A stretch of 64,000 nucleotides of DNA from Rubripirellula sp. (GCA_965216875.1 OZ244207.1:608001-672000); one strand, 5' to 3'. Numbered from the stretch's first letter, positions 36,170 to 47,050 are shown. Notes: a model not told the origin generated them from the sequence alone. Made by a program: numbers and translations.

Positions 36170-36732
36170 ACCGGTGGCGCTAACACGGTTGTCGAAGGAG
36201 AAAACGTCACCACGCCGCCGGAACTTCGGTAGATGTTCCAATGAGCAGTGGCGGATAAGTCTCCATTCCCGCAAACGCCCGCACCAACGCAAACGGATGT
36301 GTCACGTCGGAGCGACCGCGGGCGGTAACGCCCGAGAGAGCAAGCGACGAAATGCCGTTAGGCACGGCGACTCATGGATGGTCGCCGCGAATGTGCCGTC
36401 GGGGCATGGATGCAGCCGGAACGCAGGCCATGGATGGCCGGAGTGGAGGCCGAGCGTAGCGAGCCGACGGCTCAAGCCGAGGGAAGCCCGTCCGGCAGGG
36501 AAGCGACCGTAACGAAGCATCAACGATTGAATACCAGATGTGTTTCCAATGCAGATTGATCTAACTCAACGAAAAGACGGGAGCGTTGCCGGTTAAGGGC
36601 CGGTGACATTTGCAGCGAATCGCCGGTTTGCCGAAGGTTTCAACCGTTGAACCACCGGATTGACAATCCAACACGAGCGGAGTCACCGCCGAGGCGGCAA
36701 GGCATGGATGCCGCTTTATAACTTCCGTAGCC

Positions 36733-37326
36733 ATGGATGGCGGAGGTCGATTTAGAGGCGGAATCCGTGTCTGTCCGATCTTCCCGGAACTGCGACCGTA
36801 TTTGGAAGAAGCCTGGGACGCGGCGGAAGATGGAGCAACGCGAGTCATCACGCGATACAAGAATCCGAAACAGAACCTGCGAACGCAGCTCGAGCGGATC
36901 ATCACGCGAGCCGGTCATCAGTCCTGGCCGCGATTGTTTCAGAACCTGAGAGCGACCCGCGAAACGGAGTTGATGGCTCGCTTTCCCGCAAAGGATGTCG
37001 CGACCTGGTTGGGCAACAGCGAGCCTGTCGCGATGATGCACTACGCGATGGCGACGAAGGCAAGTTTCGAGGCTGCGAAAACGACTGTCAGTTCGTTCGG
37101 AAGTGACGCCGATGAAGGCGAAGCAAAAAGCGAAGCACGAAATGACGAATCGGGCGAAAATGCGAAGCAAAAAGCTAAGCAGCACCAAACCGAAAAGAAT
37201 GGAGCCAAGTCGCAAAGGCCCGGAAAAAAGCGGGACAATCGCGACTTGGCTCTAGTGGGCTCCACCGCTGACTACAGCGGTAAGCTCCCCCGACAGGGGA
37301 TCAACTGCCGCTCTATTCACCGGTAA
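36733..37326 (+). pseudogene. C-terminal remnant of a tyrosine integrase
   Basis: FQNLRATRETEL..WLGNS..MHY; N-terminal half missing; ends over the att repeat. Confidence 0.75.
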
Positions 37327-37492
37327 ATGAGCGATTCGTCGGTCGTGGTGGTGCAGATGTGGTGCATCCTGACCGGATCGAACTCGCCCGACGGATCCTC
37401 ATCGAACACGGTCTACGAGATGTAGCCGAACTGCTCGCACTTACGGAGCCGAACATTCGTGGTGCCGCCTCTGTTGATTCGGGGGTGGGCCG

Positions 37493-38032
37493 ATGATCGT
37501 CAGACTTCGCGATGTGAAGGGAAACGCCCCGTACATCCCACCCTTCCCGGTAACCATGCCGACCGAGGAGCCAATCGATCGCTCCCTCCCACTGGACGAC
37601 CAGATCATGGCACTCACCTGGATCCCTGCGATCCTCGTGTCTCGGTTCCTTTACCAGTACCCGAACCTCGATTCAGAAGCAGACGAATTGTTCTCGGTCG
37701 GAATCGAGGTAGTTGTCGACATGGTCAACCGAGACGACGTCGACGGTGACGACCTCATCGCGTGGACGGTGGTCAACGCACGGCGAACGATGGAGGTTTA
37801 TGCGAGCGGTCTCGACTCTGTCGTCAAGGTTTGCCAGTCGACTCGCTACAATCGAGCGAAGCAAGGTAGGAAAGTGCCCTCGTCGGGAGAGCTGACCGAG
37901 CACGGCGGAGCGGGAACGGACGACACCGAGCGAATTATCGAGCTAGCGTGTCAGGCTCTCGACCTTGACATCCGGTCCGCGTCTTTTGCCGATCGAAAGC
38001 AGATCGCAGATTATCTCGGACTTACTACGTGA
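37493..38032 (+). CDS. Hypothetical protein, possibly a degenerate sigma-factor-like protein
   Basis: 179-aa ORF; weak resemblance only. Confidence 0.55.
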   Translation: MIVRLRDVKGNAPYIPPFPVTMPTEEPIDRSLPLDDQIMALTWIPAILVSRFLYQYPNLDSEADELFSVGIEVVVDMVNRDDVDGDDLIAWTVVNARRTMEVYASGLDSVVKVCQSTRYNRAKQGRKVPSSGELTEHGGAGTDDTERIIELACQALDLDIRSASFADRKQIADYLGLTT

Positions 38033-38345
38033 TTTCGCTTTGGCAGTGAGACCGATCTGCGGCAAGCCATGGGCCGATTCCGTGCGGAAGGCGGCGGAGG
38101 CGCGCAAAGCAAACGCACGGGCGAAGCGTAGGCTTGGCTAGAGGCATAGCACTCTACCGACGGTACGACTGGGACGAAATCGAACCGATCTACGGCAAAC
38201 CTTGGGCGGAATCTGTCAAGAAAGCCGCTGCCGCACGCAAGGCGAAGGCAGAGGGACTGAGGAACGACAGCTAGTGTCCGGCTTTTGGTAGTCAATCAGT
38301 TCGCTAGAATTGTCTGCGACAAAATACTCATTGGGGCACGACAGC

Positions 38346-39749
38346 ATGGACCCGACTATCGCAGAGCGGATGACGGAAGAAATCACCGGGAAATCAGTAG
38401 GCGGATGGTCCGTCGGCTCTTTCCTAGGTGCAGGGAAATCAGCATTGGTATTCGAATGTGCCAGGGATGACACAATCGCGGCGTTAAAGGTATTCGACCC
38501 TGACCTTGTAAACAGGTACGGGAAAGATACACAGCTAGAGCGTATTCGCAGAGAATTGTCGCTCGTGGGAAAACGTCATCCAAATCTGGTGCAGATCTAC
38601 GACGGAGGAGAGTGCCCGGATACTGGTTACCTTTTCGTGGTGATGGAGCTGATTCCGGGAAGCAATCTTGAGGACAAGCTAGCCGACGTCCCCCGGGACC
38701 GAATTCCCCCAATAATGTCACAGGTGACATCTGCTGCGATGTACTTGGAACAACTCGACATGGCCCATCGAGATATCAAACCTTCCAACATCGCGATAAC
38801 AGATGACTTTCAGCGGGCGGTACTGATGGATCTCGGAGTACTGCGACCGTTCGGCGAATCAGACTTGACTGACCAAGACGCGAAGGTCTTTGTTGGTACG
38901 CTCCGCTACAGCTCGCCCGAGTTCTTGTATCGAGCCGATGTTGGAACCAAAGAGTGTTGGAAGGCAGTTTCCATCTACCAACTTGGCGGAGTGCTGCACG
39001 ACCTGATCATGCGGAAGCAGCTTTTCCACGACCTCAGCGATCCGTTCAGTTTGCTTGTCGATGCGGTGAAATCACAAAGACCGAACATTTATGCAACAGA
39101 TGTGTCACAAGAGTGGGTCGATCTCGCACGAAATAGCTTGACTAAAGACCCCGAAGCAAGGTTGCGACTTGTTTCCTGGGATGATTTTCTAGTCACGGAT
39201 GAGTCCAATCGGGATAGCTCTGAAGCGATACGAGCCAGAGTGATGAAGAGGCAGCTGGCATCGCGACTACAAGCGACAGGGGAGGGTGATCGGTCCCAAG
39301 AGGCCAACATTCTCACTCACAAGATCAAGCACTTGGCAGAGACGATCGAGAACGCAGTTCACAATCAGTGTGCGGGCGACGACTCTTTCCCTCGCATGTC
39401 CATCACGAGCAACGACAGTCATCCCGTAGTCCTTCGTGTCGAGTTTTGCCCAAGTGACATCCACCTGCTGTCCCATACTATGGTCGCTTACTTCAAGTGT
39501 GAGATCGTCGACGAGGACTCGTTTTCGATCTGTGTGGACGCCTCATCCTTCCTGATTCCCACATCGACCGGCGTTGAACACCCGGCGTATGAACACGATG
39601 TGTTCCGTGGGAGAATAAGTTCTCCGAGCTTGGCCAGAGGGATTTCCGATTACCTTTACCAAGTGATTGATGCCGCCCAAAGCGTGTTTGGGATGGAGAT
39701 TACGGAACCATACGACTTGGGTAGCAGTTCAATGGGGCGCGACGAATGA
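38346..39749 (+). CDS. Ser/Thr protein kinase with unknown C-terminal domain
   Basis: GAGKSALV, ALK, HRDIKPSN, DLG, GTLRYSSPE. Confidence 0.92.
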   Translation: MDPTIAERMTEEITGKSVGGWSVGSFLGAGKSALVFECARDDTIAALKVFDPDLVNRYGKDTQLERIRRELSLVGKRHPNLVQIYDGGECPDTGYLFVVMELIPGSNLEDKLADVPRDRIPPIMSQVTSAAMYLEQLDMAHRDIKPSNIAITDDFQRAVLMDLGVLRPFGESDLTDQDAKVFVGTLRYSSPEFLYRADVGTKECWKAVSIYQLGGVLHDLIMRKQLFHDLSDPFSLLVDAVKSQRPNIYATDVSQEWVDLARNSLTKDPEARLRLVSWDDFLVTDESNRDSSEAIRARVMKRQLASRLQATGEGDRSQEANILTHKIKHLAETIENAVHNQCAGDDSFPRMSITSNDSHPVVLRVEFCPSDIHLLSHTMVAYFKCEIVDEDSFSICVDASSFLIPTSTGVEHPAYEHDVFRGRISSPSLARGISDYLYQVIDAAQSVFGMEITEPYDLGSSSMGRDE

Positions 39750-40903
39750 GTGGAACGTGGTGGGTCGGACAAAGCGACTTAGACGAAGATCAACTTAAGA
39801 TTATTTCTTTGCCGGAAACCGAGAGCTTCTTGGTCACGGGGCCGCCCGGGTCTGGAAAAACAAACCTTCTGCTGCTTCGAGCGAACTACCTCCATCTGAT
39901 GGGCTATTCCAACATCGCAGTGGTTACGTTTACGCGTTCACTCCGGGAGTTCATCGCAACTGGTGCGACTGCGTATGAGTTTCCAGACTCTCGCATCATG
40001 ACGTGCAACGAGTTTCTTTCCGACTTTCTCAAGCAGTTTGGTCGCAGAGTTTCACGCGATGGTACGTTTGAAGAGGTTCGGCGTCGAATCGCCGCAGAGG
40101 CCCGCGAGGTAGTCGATGAGATGGGCTTGGAAGACGTCTATGAGGCGATCCTGCTGGATGAAGCTCAGGACTACTTGCCCGAAGAAATCGACCTGTTTCG
40201 CCGTCTTGCCGAGCGACTTTGCTGCGTCGCGGATGGCCGACAGCAAATCTATGGGGGAGAGGATCCTCATGCAACGATTAGGGCGTGCGTCGACTCGTCC
40301 CATGAACTCAAGTTCCACTACCGGATCGGACGCTCGATATGCCGAGTTGCCGACGAAATAGCCAAGAGATGGAACGGGTTCGAGCCCATGATACAATCAT
40401 CCATGTACGTCGAGACCGACAACCCGTCGACCGTCGACACGACTCAGTGTGAGACGCTCGATGACCAAGCAGAATTGATTTTGAAGCGGCTGAAGACCCA
40501 GCTGACTGCGTTCCCGGGAGAGTATCTGGGCGTGCTCTGCCCCAAAAATGAGGAAACTGATCAGATTTGGAATTTCATCGCAAGTTCGGATCTTGCCGAG
40601 CATGCTGCCTTGCTGAAGAGTGGTGAAGACTTGATCCAATTGGAAGGCAAGCAAATCGTCGTCTCCACCTTCCACGGAGCAAAAGGTCTTGAGTTCAGGG
40701 CTACACATCTCGCAGCATCCGAGTCATTGCACAGCTTCCCAAATAATCGAAAGATGGCCTTTACCGTCGTCACTAGAACGAAAACCTCATTGTCCGTTTA
40801 TCACTCGAAGGATTTGCACGCCTACTTTGAGTCGGCTTTGAACTCACCAGACCCCGACCACACCCCTCCATCAATAGATGACTTGTTCGGAGGTGGCGTA
40901 TGA
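39746..40903 (+). CDS. Compact superfamily-1 (UvrD-like) helicase/ATPase
   Basis: GPPGSGKT, DEAQD, QQIY, HYR, TFHGAKGLEF, VVTR. Confidence 0.88.
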   Translation: MSGTWWVGQSDLDEDQLKIISLPETESFLVTGPPGSGKTNLLLLRANYLHLMGYSNIAVVTFTRSLREFIATGATAYEFPDSRIMTCNEFLSDFLKQFGRRVSRDGTFEEVRRRIAAEAREVVDEMGLEDVYEAILLDEAQDYLPEEIDLFRRLAERLCCVADGRQQIYGGEDPHATIRACVDSSHELKFHYRIGRSICRVADEIAKRWNGFEPMIQSSMYVETDNPSTVDTTQCETLDDQAELILKRLKTQLTAFPGEYLGVLCPKNEETDQIWNFIASSDLAEHAALLKSGEDLIQLEGKQIVVSTFHGAKGLEFRATHLAASESLHSFPNNRKMAFTVVTRTKTSLSVYHSKDLHAYFESALNSPDPDHTPPSIDDLFGGGV

Positions 40904-42297
40904 TTCACTATTTGCAATGTGATCGCAGAGACTTTGCTCAACTGGTTTCCGCCAGAGCCCCCGTTGATGCAAAAGAAGTTGAGACGGCTGTTTTCTTGCG
41001 TGAGATAGAGCGTCGGAAACGCTCTCAAGATACTCTGACATTGGCTTGGCGAAACTCACCATCGACACGCTTTTCCTTACCAAGTTTCGTGGTCGTCGAT
41101 GAGGAGTCCCAGAGAGACTTTCACGCTTGGATTGCCACATACTTTCGCGATATCCAGCCGTTTTCTGCACAGTGTCGGGTACTTACACCAAGTTCTGCCA
41201 GATCGGTGATGGCAGCGTTGCCCATCGACGTGCATGCTCGCCTAGGAGCGGTTGATCTAGCTTTGGTCGTTGCCGAAGTTGCAACATATTCGGCGGGTAA
41301 ATTCGATTTGTCGAAGCTCTCTTTTCCCGCATATGAAAGATCGCTGTCGTTTGCGTTCTCACGAGCGTTGGAGCAATTTGGAGACTTCGATACGCCTAAT
41401 TCGCCCAGCCTGGGCGAGTTGGAGGCCTCTTGGATTAAGGCACGAGAATTGGCACGTGAGCCAGAGTTGTCACTTGAATCGAAAGCCATCACAGAGATTT
41501 GGCAGATCGTACTGAATGGCTTGCTCGTGTCACGCGTTCGCGGCCCGAGCGGAGGTCTGGAGTTTGTAAAAGCACTTCGGATGTTTCGCAAGAGTGGGCG
41601 ATTGCCACGGGGCTTGGTGAACAAATTGCCTTTGGATCTTTTTCCCGGCACACAGTCAACTCTTTTCGAGTTGAACGAACAGTCTAGGGAAAGTCGCGTA
41701 GTCGCATTCGAAGAGGCCGCGATTCACTTGTCTCGTACCACAATGTCGAAACGCACAAAGTCGTTTTTGCTGGGCTTTGTCGCTAGTCGAATCTCACCGG
41801 GAACCCTTAATCACATTTCCGTTCTTTACCCACACGTTGAGCGTTTTCGCGAGTGCCTATTCTGGTTCGGTGTATTTGCTGGACTCGAAAGCGACGCTGG
41901 CATCGCCGATTTTTCGAACGGACTAGGCTGGCTACTTCGAAGAGAGATAGGCCGCAGATCTTCTGTGTTTGACCGCCCGACATGCGATATCAGCATTGAG
42001 GATTTCGAAGTATCAATGATGGGAACAAGAACTAAGAGTCGCAACCTTCACGTGACATCAAACGGGATACTTAAGATTGAGATCTATCCGCTCGTGACAA
42101 CTAACGTAAGGTGGCCGCAAAGTCAGCAAGATATATCTGGCAGTCGAAACGCAACGCGGCACGGACAACTTTCGTCGATGGACGAGGAACGAGACGTCGT
42201 ACTGATGGAACTGCTGTCCAAGCTTGACGACAGCACCAGGCACATCGGCCATATCAGGAAGGATCTGGAGAAACTGATGCGGCGGAGAAAATCGTAG
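40900..42297 (+). CDS. Hypothetical protein coupled to the kinase-helicase pair
   Basis: 465-aa ORF with ATGA overlap. Confidence 0.8.
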   Translation: MIHYLQCDRRDFAQLVSARAPVDAKEVETAVFLREIERRKRSQDTLTLAWRNSPSTRFSLPSFVVVDEESQRDFHAWIATYFRDIQPFSAQCRVLTPSSARSVMAALPIDVHARLGAVDLALVVAEVATYSAGKFDLSKLSFPAYERSLSFAFSRALEQFGDFDTPNSPSLGELEASWIKARELAREPELSLESKAITEIWQIVLNGLLVSRVRGPSGGLEFVKALRMFRKSGRLPRGLVNKLPLDLFPGTQSTLFELNEQSRESRVVAFEEAAIHLSRTTMSKRTKSFLLGFVASRISPGTLNHISVLYPHVERFRECLFWFGVFAGLESDAGIADFSNGLGWLLRREIGRRSSVFDRPTCDISIEDFEVSMMGTRTKSRNLHVTSNGILKIEIYPLVTTNVRWPQSQQDISGSRNATRHGQLSSMDEERDVVLMELLSKLDDSTRHIGHIRKDLEKLMRRRKS

Positions 42298-42370
42298 GCT
42301 GTATTATCCACGGTTCGTATTTGCTTTTCTCTAGCCCGTCTGTTCAGTGGAACGGCGGTTCCCGGATTCC

Positions 42371-42675
42371 TTAGCCAAACGCTGAGAACTGATCCCCGAG
42401 GGGAAACTCTGGCGTTTCTGATGACCAGTACAGCATTGGTTCCGGCTCACGCGAAATCAGAACGTGGTAGTGTCGTATCGTTCCGTCCGAGGCGGATGTT
42501 GTCTTTGTCGATTGCAGATAGGTAAGCACGGTGTCGATGGGGACTCTGACAAAGCCAGCTGTACCGAGAATAAAGACAACGTCCGTGACTCCGGCCTCAT
42601 TCATCTGATCAACAATGCTTGGCTTTATGCCGAACCAGTAGTAGTTCTGCCTTTCATGCAGCTTCGAGTACTTGA
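42371..42675 (-). pseudogene. 3' remnant of an unknown gene
   Basis: KYSKLHERQNYYWFGI.. reads as protein only up to the junction with the recombinase fragment. Confidence 0.45.
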
Positions 42676-43069
42676 TGTGGACGAGAAGTCCGAGTTGTTT
42701 AGCGTCAACGATTCGATTGACACACGCACGGCGGGCGGGCGTCTTGTGCTCAACGTGTTGTTCTCGGTCGCACAGTGGGAACGCGAAGCCATCGGAGAAC
42801 GCACACGCGACGCCCTGCGGCACAAGATCGACAACAGAGAGCGCGTCGGGAAAGTTCGATTCGGCTTCGATCTTGCGGACGATGGGCGAACGCTCGTCGA
42901 CAACCAAGCGGAGCAAGACGCGATAGCCTGGATGAAGACGCTGAGGGCGGACGGCTTCACGCTTCGACAGATTGCGGCAGCGTTGACCGATCGGGGCGTC
43001 GCAACGAAAGAGGGACGCAACGAGTGGACCCACACGGCGGTGAGCGGGATTCTGAAACGGGCAGCGTGA
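42676..43069 (+). pseudogene. Serine recombinase fragment lacking the catalytic N-terminus
   Basis: IDTRTAGGRLVLNVLFSVAQWEREAIGERT..TLRQIAAAL. Confidence 0.75.
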
Positions 43070-43344
43070 ATGCCCACACACCCGAACCAATCAAATCAGC
43101 CGACGTTGTGCAACGCCGTCCACGTGGTGACCAGGACTCGGGGGTGTGGGCGTTCCCGCGTCGCAGCGGGAATTATTCGAGCCCGATCACAAGTACCGAA
43201 TGAGACGGCACCCGGCACAAAATCGGGCTCCGGTGCGACCCGCTCGTCTCAAAAGTAGTCGCACCTGATTGCAATGAATGGGGCGGCAGGAAGGAGGGGC
43301 CTGCCGCCCCTGAGGACTTCCACAAAGTGAAGCCTCGCACGCTT

Positions 43345-43731
43345 CTACCATTGCTCCTCGTGTTGGATGCCCGATCGACTGCATACGCTAGACGGCGGCT
43401 CAGGGCCAAAGACCGCCTCAACCGTCGTGTATCCCTCCGCGAGTCGCTTGCCGATCGTTGCTGATTTCTGAGCAGTGAGCTTTGCCCAGCGATGGATGGG
43501 CATCGCGTGTTCGCCAATCCGTAGGTTGATCCCGGACGTTGGTCGAACCCCGGGTCGCTCCTTTCCGAAGACTACGTCGGCCCCGGTATAGCCTGCTCTG
43601 AGTCGTTCGCGGATTGCAGGCGTGCGAAGGCGGAAGATACGGGCCCATTTGGACAGGGACAGGGCTAGCGATCCGATTCGGACGATGGGGTCTGCTGCGT
43701 TTGGGGCTCGTGCGGTGTCGCTGTCGTTCAT
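43345..43731 (-). CDS. Small protein with two phage-type HTH-like repeats
   Basis: LSKWARIF..IRERLRAGY and IHRWAKLT..IGKRLAEGY. Confidence 0.65.
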   Translation of the reverse strand: MNDSDTARAPNAADPIVRIGSLALSLSKWARIFRLRTPAIRERLRAGYTGADVVFGKERPGVRPTSGINLRIGEHAMPIHRWAKLTAQKSATIGKRLAEGYTTVEAVFGPEPPSSVCSRSGIQHEEQW

Positions 43732-44030
43732 AACTCCATCCGCCTCTTCCCTAGCACAACTTCGTCGTCTGCCCAGCCTCGTGCGTGTCGCTTTCGCAAG
43801 GTCGAATCACTCTGACCCGTCAAGCGAGCCCAATCACTAATGGTTCGGGTTTGACCTTCGACCGTGAGCGTGATTCCGGTGACCCGTGACCCGGCAACAA
43901 TCTCGTCACCAGTCCAACCGCACTCATGTCTTGCCCGAATCGTTTTCTCAGCGGTGCCGGTCGCTTCGTGGATTTGCCGAACGGTGTAGGCTCGCCCCTT
44001 GAAGAAGATACATGCGTTGGCTTGCTTCAT
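43728..44030 (-). CDS. Small protein with two phage-type HTH-like repeats
   Basis: TVEGQTRTISDWARLTG..LRKRHARGW. Confidence 0.7.
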   Translation of the reverse strand: MKQANACIFFKGRAYTVRQIHEATGTAEKTIRARHECGWTGDEIVAGSRVTGITLTVEGQTRTISDWARLTGQSDSTLRKRHARGWADDEVVLGKRRMEL

Positions 44031-44227
44031 CAGTTGCTCCGGTTGCTTGGCGTATTGCGTACAGTTCGTTTGAAATTGGGGTCGATGATGTTCTCGTCAG
44101 GCCATCCGTTACTGAGGCGTTCGTGGAGTGTCGCGTGCGGGACTCCCAATTCGCTTGCCCACTCGGCAAGTGTTTGTGTCTTGCCCTTCGCTGTAATCAG
44201 GTAAGGCTTCTTGCGATACGGCAGCAT
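44030..44227 (-). CDS. Small protein with one phage-type HTH-like repeat
   Basis: ITAKGKTQTLAEWASELGV..LHERLSNGW. Confidence 0.7.
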   Translation of the reverse strand: MLPYRKKPYLITAKGKTQTLAEWASELGVPHATLHERLSNGWPDENIIDPNFKRTVRNTPSNRSN

Positions 44228-44230
44228 GGA

Positions 44231-44737
44231 TTACAGTCCCCAACTCTCACGACGAATGCCGCGAATCTTGCCAGCTTTGCGAGCTTCGAAATATTCGGTG
44301 TCAGACATATTGAGCGTCTCTTCCGGGGCGATCGTACGCTCCCTCTGGATCAACTGCTCACGCAGCTGTCGCACTTCGGCGGCAACGTCGTGGTCGGTCT
44401 TTCCGGTCAGCATGTCGGTGACGTCTGCCGTGTCGTTACCGAAAGCGGTGTCACGGGCTGCCTTCTCGGCGGCTTCCCTCGCCTCCAACTCAGAGGCACC
44501 TCCAGCGAGGGAAGTTGCACGGGCATCCTCGTAGGCTTTCGCGGTCTTGGAGTCGGCGAAGAAAGCGTGCTTGTCTTCCTCCCGCGTCACAGACTCCGCG
44601 TGCTCCGCAACCTTCTCGTCTTCGACTTGTGCGGCAGCCTTCGCCTTTTGCTCGGCTTGGTAATGGGCATAACGCTCGCGACGTGCGGCGTCTTGCGGGT
44701 TTACGTTATTGTTCGGAAAGCTCACTGCTGTCTCCAA
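44231..44737 (-). CDS. Hypothetical helical protein
   Basis: First gene of the leftward operon; start may be GTG at about 44722. Confidence 0.65.
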   Translation of the reverse strand: METAVSFPNNNVNPQDAARRERYAHYQAEQKAKAAAQVEDEKVAEHAESVTREEDKHAFFADSKTAKAYEDARATSLAGGASELEAREAAEKAARDTAFGNDTADVTDMLTGKTDHDVAAEVRQLREQLIQRERTIAPEETLNMSDTEYFEARKAGKIRGIRRESWGL

Positions 44738-45050
44738 GGTTTGTTATCTGGCACAGCGTTCGCCACTCAAGCATGGTGCGTGCCTCTCAAACCAATACTG
44801 TCCAGCAAGGGCCGGCAGATCCCGAAATTCTTGGCATTTCGCCGGAATAGTCACAACCGAATGCGTGGTACGAATTGGACTCCGTGTGCTATTCGGTATC
44901 TCGCGGCTCGGGGAGAACTGAAGCCCGACGCGGGAGCATGCGACAAGCCATGCGCCTGCGGAGAGGGTGAACGCAAATCGGCCATTCGGAGGTAGGCTGG
45001 GCAGAAGCCAGCCAATAGTCAGGTAGGGGGCCGGTCTTCGGCCAGATCCA

Positions 45051-45151
45051 ACTTAATTGCGTAGAGTATTTCTCTAATCTATATAGGAAAGAAATTCAGT
45101 AAGTAAATGAATAGATAGAGGCTGGTTGCGAAATGCTCGACGCAATTAAGT
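45051..45151. repeat. 22-bp inverted repeat flanking an AT-rich core
   Basis: ACTTAATTGCGTAGAGTATTTC / GAAATGCTCGACGCAATTAAGT, 2 mismatches. Confidence 0.7.
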
Positions 45152-45760
45152 CAGGAGATGTTCTTCGCCCTGTCGGCGGCTAACAGTCCCGCACCCCGCC
45201 TGCAAGTTGCGATTGTCGCGCCCCATTCGTTTGACCTTGATCGCAGGGAATCAACCTCTGATCTTGCCTAGTCGGACCAGTCCTCTTCTGGCCGCCTGTG
45301 CCGCTCGCTAGCGGTGCTTCGGGGCTTTGGCTAACTTTCACAGTGCACGCGACAGGGTCGATCAGCGAGTCGCAAAGGGCCTCAGATGAAGCGGGTTTAT
45401 TTGGACAAAATTCCGAGATTTCCAGCCATTTGCTACCGCAAACCTTACAAGTTAATAGTAGCCAGGAGTCGCTCACCCTATCGAAGCCCACCCGTCAAGG
45501 TTGGCCCACGATAGATCTTGAGTCTTCAGGCATACTTGAATCGGGCATGAAGGATTGCCCTTGCTAATAAGCCACCGACAGGTGGCGAATGAGAGTTCTA
45601 AGCCAACTGGTACGCCAAGCCACGCGGTTGAAGCTCGGCCCGCCACGGTCGGTGGGTAGCAATGAAGGCACTGCATTCTTGCGGTGGAGCGTCGTGCTCC
45701 GACCCGAGCGAAAGCTCGGTTACGTCCTTCCCATTTCTCCAAACCGATATGGAGGAAACA

Positions 45761-46213
45761 ATGTCCAATTCACACACCATCAAGAGCACTCGGACCCCCG
45801 GTGATCTTGGCGATGCTGTCTCTGACGGCGTACCGGGGGTCTGTCTTTCTTTCGAGGGCAAGCGGCAACTCAAGTCCGACTTGGCAGCACTCGATGCCAA
45901 GTACCGTAAGATTGGTTTCAAGCACTGCAAGAGCTGCGGTAATTCGTTCCCGGCTTCTGAGTTCTTTAACTCCGACCGAAGCAGGTCAGACGGATTCAAT
46001 CGCGAGTGCAAGAGCTGCATCCGCAAACGCCGCCTACTCAAGAAGGAGCAGGGAACATCTCGCAAGGATGCCGGTGTGACGTACATCCCCGGAAAGAAAT
46101 GGTGCCGAGGTTGCGAGAAACAGCTACCGCTACGGGAGTTCGAGAAGAGCAATGGCTCGCGGGATGGGTTAAAGGTCCGCTGTATCGCCTGTAATCAGGA
46201 GCGGTACCGATGA
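45761..46213 (+). CDS. Protein with two CxxC..CxxC zinc-finger repeats
   Basis: KHCKSCG..EF..DG..CKSC and KWCRGC..EF..DG..CIAC; GGAGG RBS. Confidence 0.7.
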   Translation: MSNSHTIKSTRTPGDLGDAVSDGVPGVCLSFEGKRQLKSDLAALDAKYRKIGFKHCKSCGNSFPASEFFNSDRSRSDGFNRECKSCIRKRRLLKKEQGTSRKDAGVTYIPGKKWCRGCEKQLPLREFEKSNGSRDGLKVRCIACNQERYR

Positions 46214-46668
46214 TTGAACTGAAGGTTCAGATGATGCTCCAATTCTCGTACCGCTCATTCTTTGAAGAGAAGGTCTACCCGTCGTTCGGTAGCTTGCCGA
46301 GTAGGCATCAGCTTCGCAAGCACTTCGACAGTGATGAAGACTACGAGGCGTTCGCCTTGGAGTTCATTCGTGGCTATGAGCGGTGGCGAGTTCGACATAA
46401 GCCAGAGCGAGACGGCGACAAGAATTTCTTGGCGAGCCTGATTCTCAAAGCATTGGACTGTCAGGCTACCTCGGATCAAATCCGAGCAAGGGCGAAGCCG
46501 AAGTTCGCGAAACGCAGTCGCGAGCTGGTCGAGCACGATGGTCGAAAGCAGACCGTAACGCAATGGGCAAGCGAGTTTGGAGTGGCACCGTCCACCATTT
46601 CCAGACGGTACAGAAAGACCGGGCGGATTACCTCGAATAAGCAACAAGAGGAGGGGCAACAACAATGA
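46210..46668 (+). CDS. Hypothetical protein with C-terminal phage-type HTH-like repeat
   Basis: VEHDGRKQTVTQWASEFGVAPSTISRR. Confidence 0.65.
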   Translation: MIELKVQMMLQFSYRSFFEEKVYPSFGSLPSRHQLRKHFDSDEDYEAFALEFIRGYERWRVRHKPERDGDKNFLASLILKALDCQATSDQIRARAKPKFAKRSRELVEHDGRKQTVTQWASEFGVAPSTISRRYRKTGRITSNKQQEEGQQQ

Positions 46669-46810
46669 AGACGATGCTGCAGGAGATCCATGTCAAGCTA
46701 TTTGCCTCCATTCCAAAGACGCTTGGGTCAGACAGCCGCTGCCTCAGCCTGTGTCTGGGTGAGCGGCTGTGTCGTTCGTCGTACGGCCGAAACGGATATG
46801 GGGTGCCTCA

Positions 46811-47050
46811 ATGATCTCACTCGATACTGATGGACTTGCCGACCTAATCGCTGATCGTGTAGCGGAACGACTCGCACCGGAACCCGTGTTCCTGAGTGCG
46901 GACCAACTAGCGACACGAGTCGGTCTCGGTGTGGCAACTGTGCGGAAGTTGTCACGTCGAGGTGACATTCCGACAATCATGATTGGACGTAGAAGACTCT
47001 TTGATTTGCAACGTGTAAGGGAGGCATTGGCTGATGGGCTTACGACTTGA
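46811..47050 (+). CDS. Excisionase-like HTH protein
   Basis: LSADQLATRVGLGVATVRK..IP..IGRRRLF; overlaps the integrase start. Confidence 0.78.
   Translation: MISLDTDGLADLIADRVAERLAPEPVFLSADQLATRVGLGVATVRKLSRRGDIPTIMIGRRRLFDLQRVREALADGLTT

Larger units (their letters stand above)
29332..37297. mobile_element. Integrated element 2 (older; integrase truncated) at the tRNA-Asn 3' end
   Basis: Bounded by GCTCCCCCGACAGG direct repeats at 29332-29345 and 37284-37297. Confidence 0.8.

Noticed and set aside
36300..36520. Single-strand origin or oriT-like hairpins (also 38050-38260)
   Set aside because: Suggestive GCGTAGC/GCGAAG hairpins only; no relaxase or Rep gene to support the call
42371..43090. 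Intact overlapping 239-aa and 201-aa genes
   Set aside because: Each is chimeric across a junction near 42675, consistent with two truncated genes
44012..44995. 327-aa plus-strand ORF
   Set aside because: Antisense shadow of the minus-strand small-gene operon
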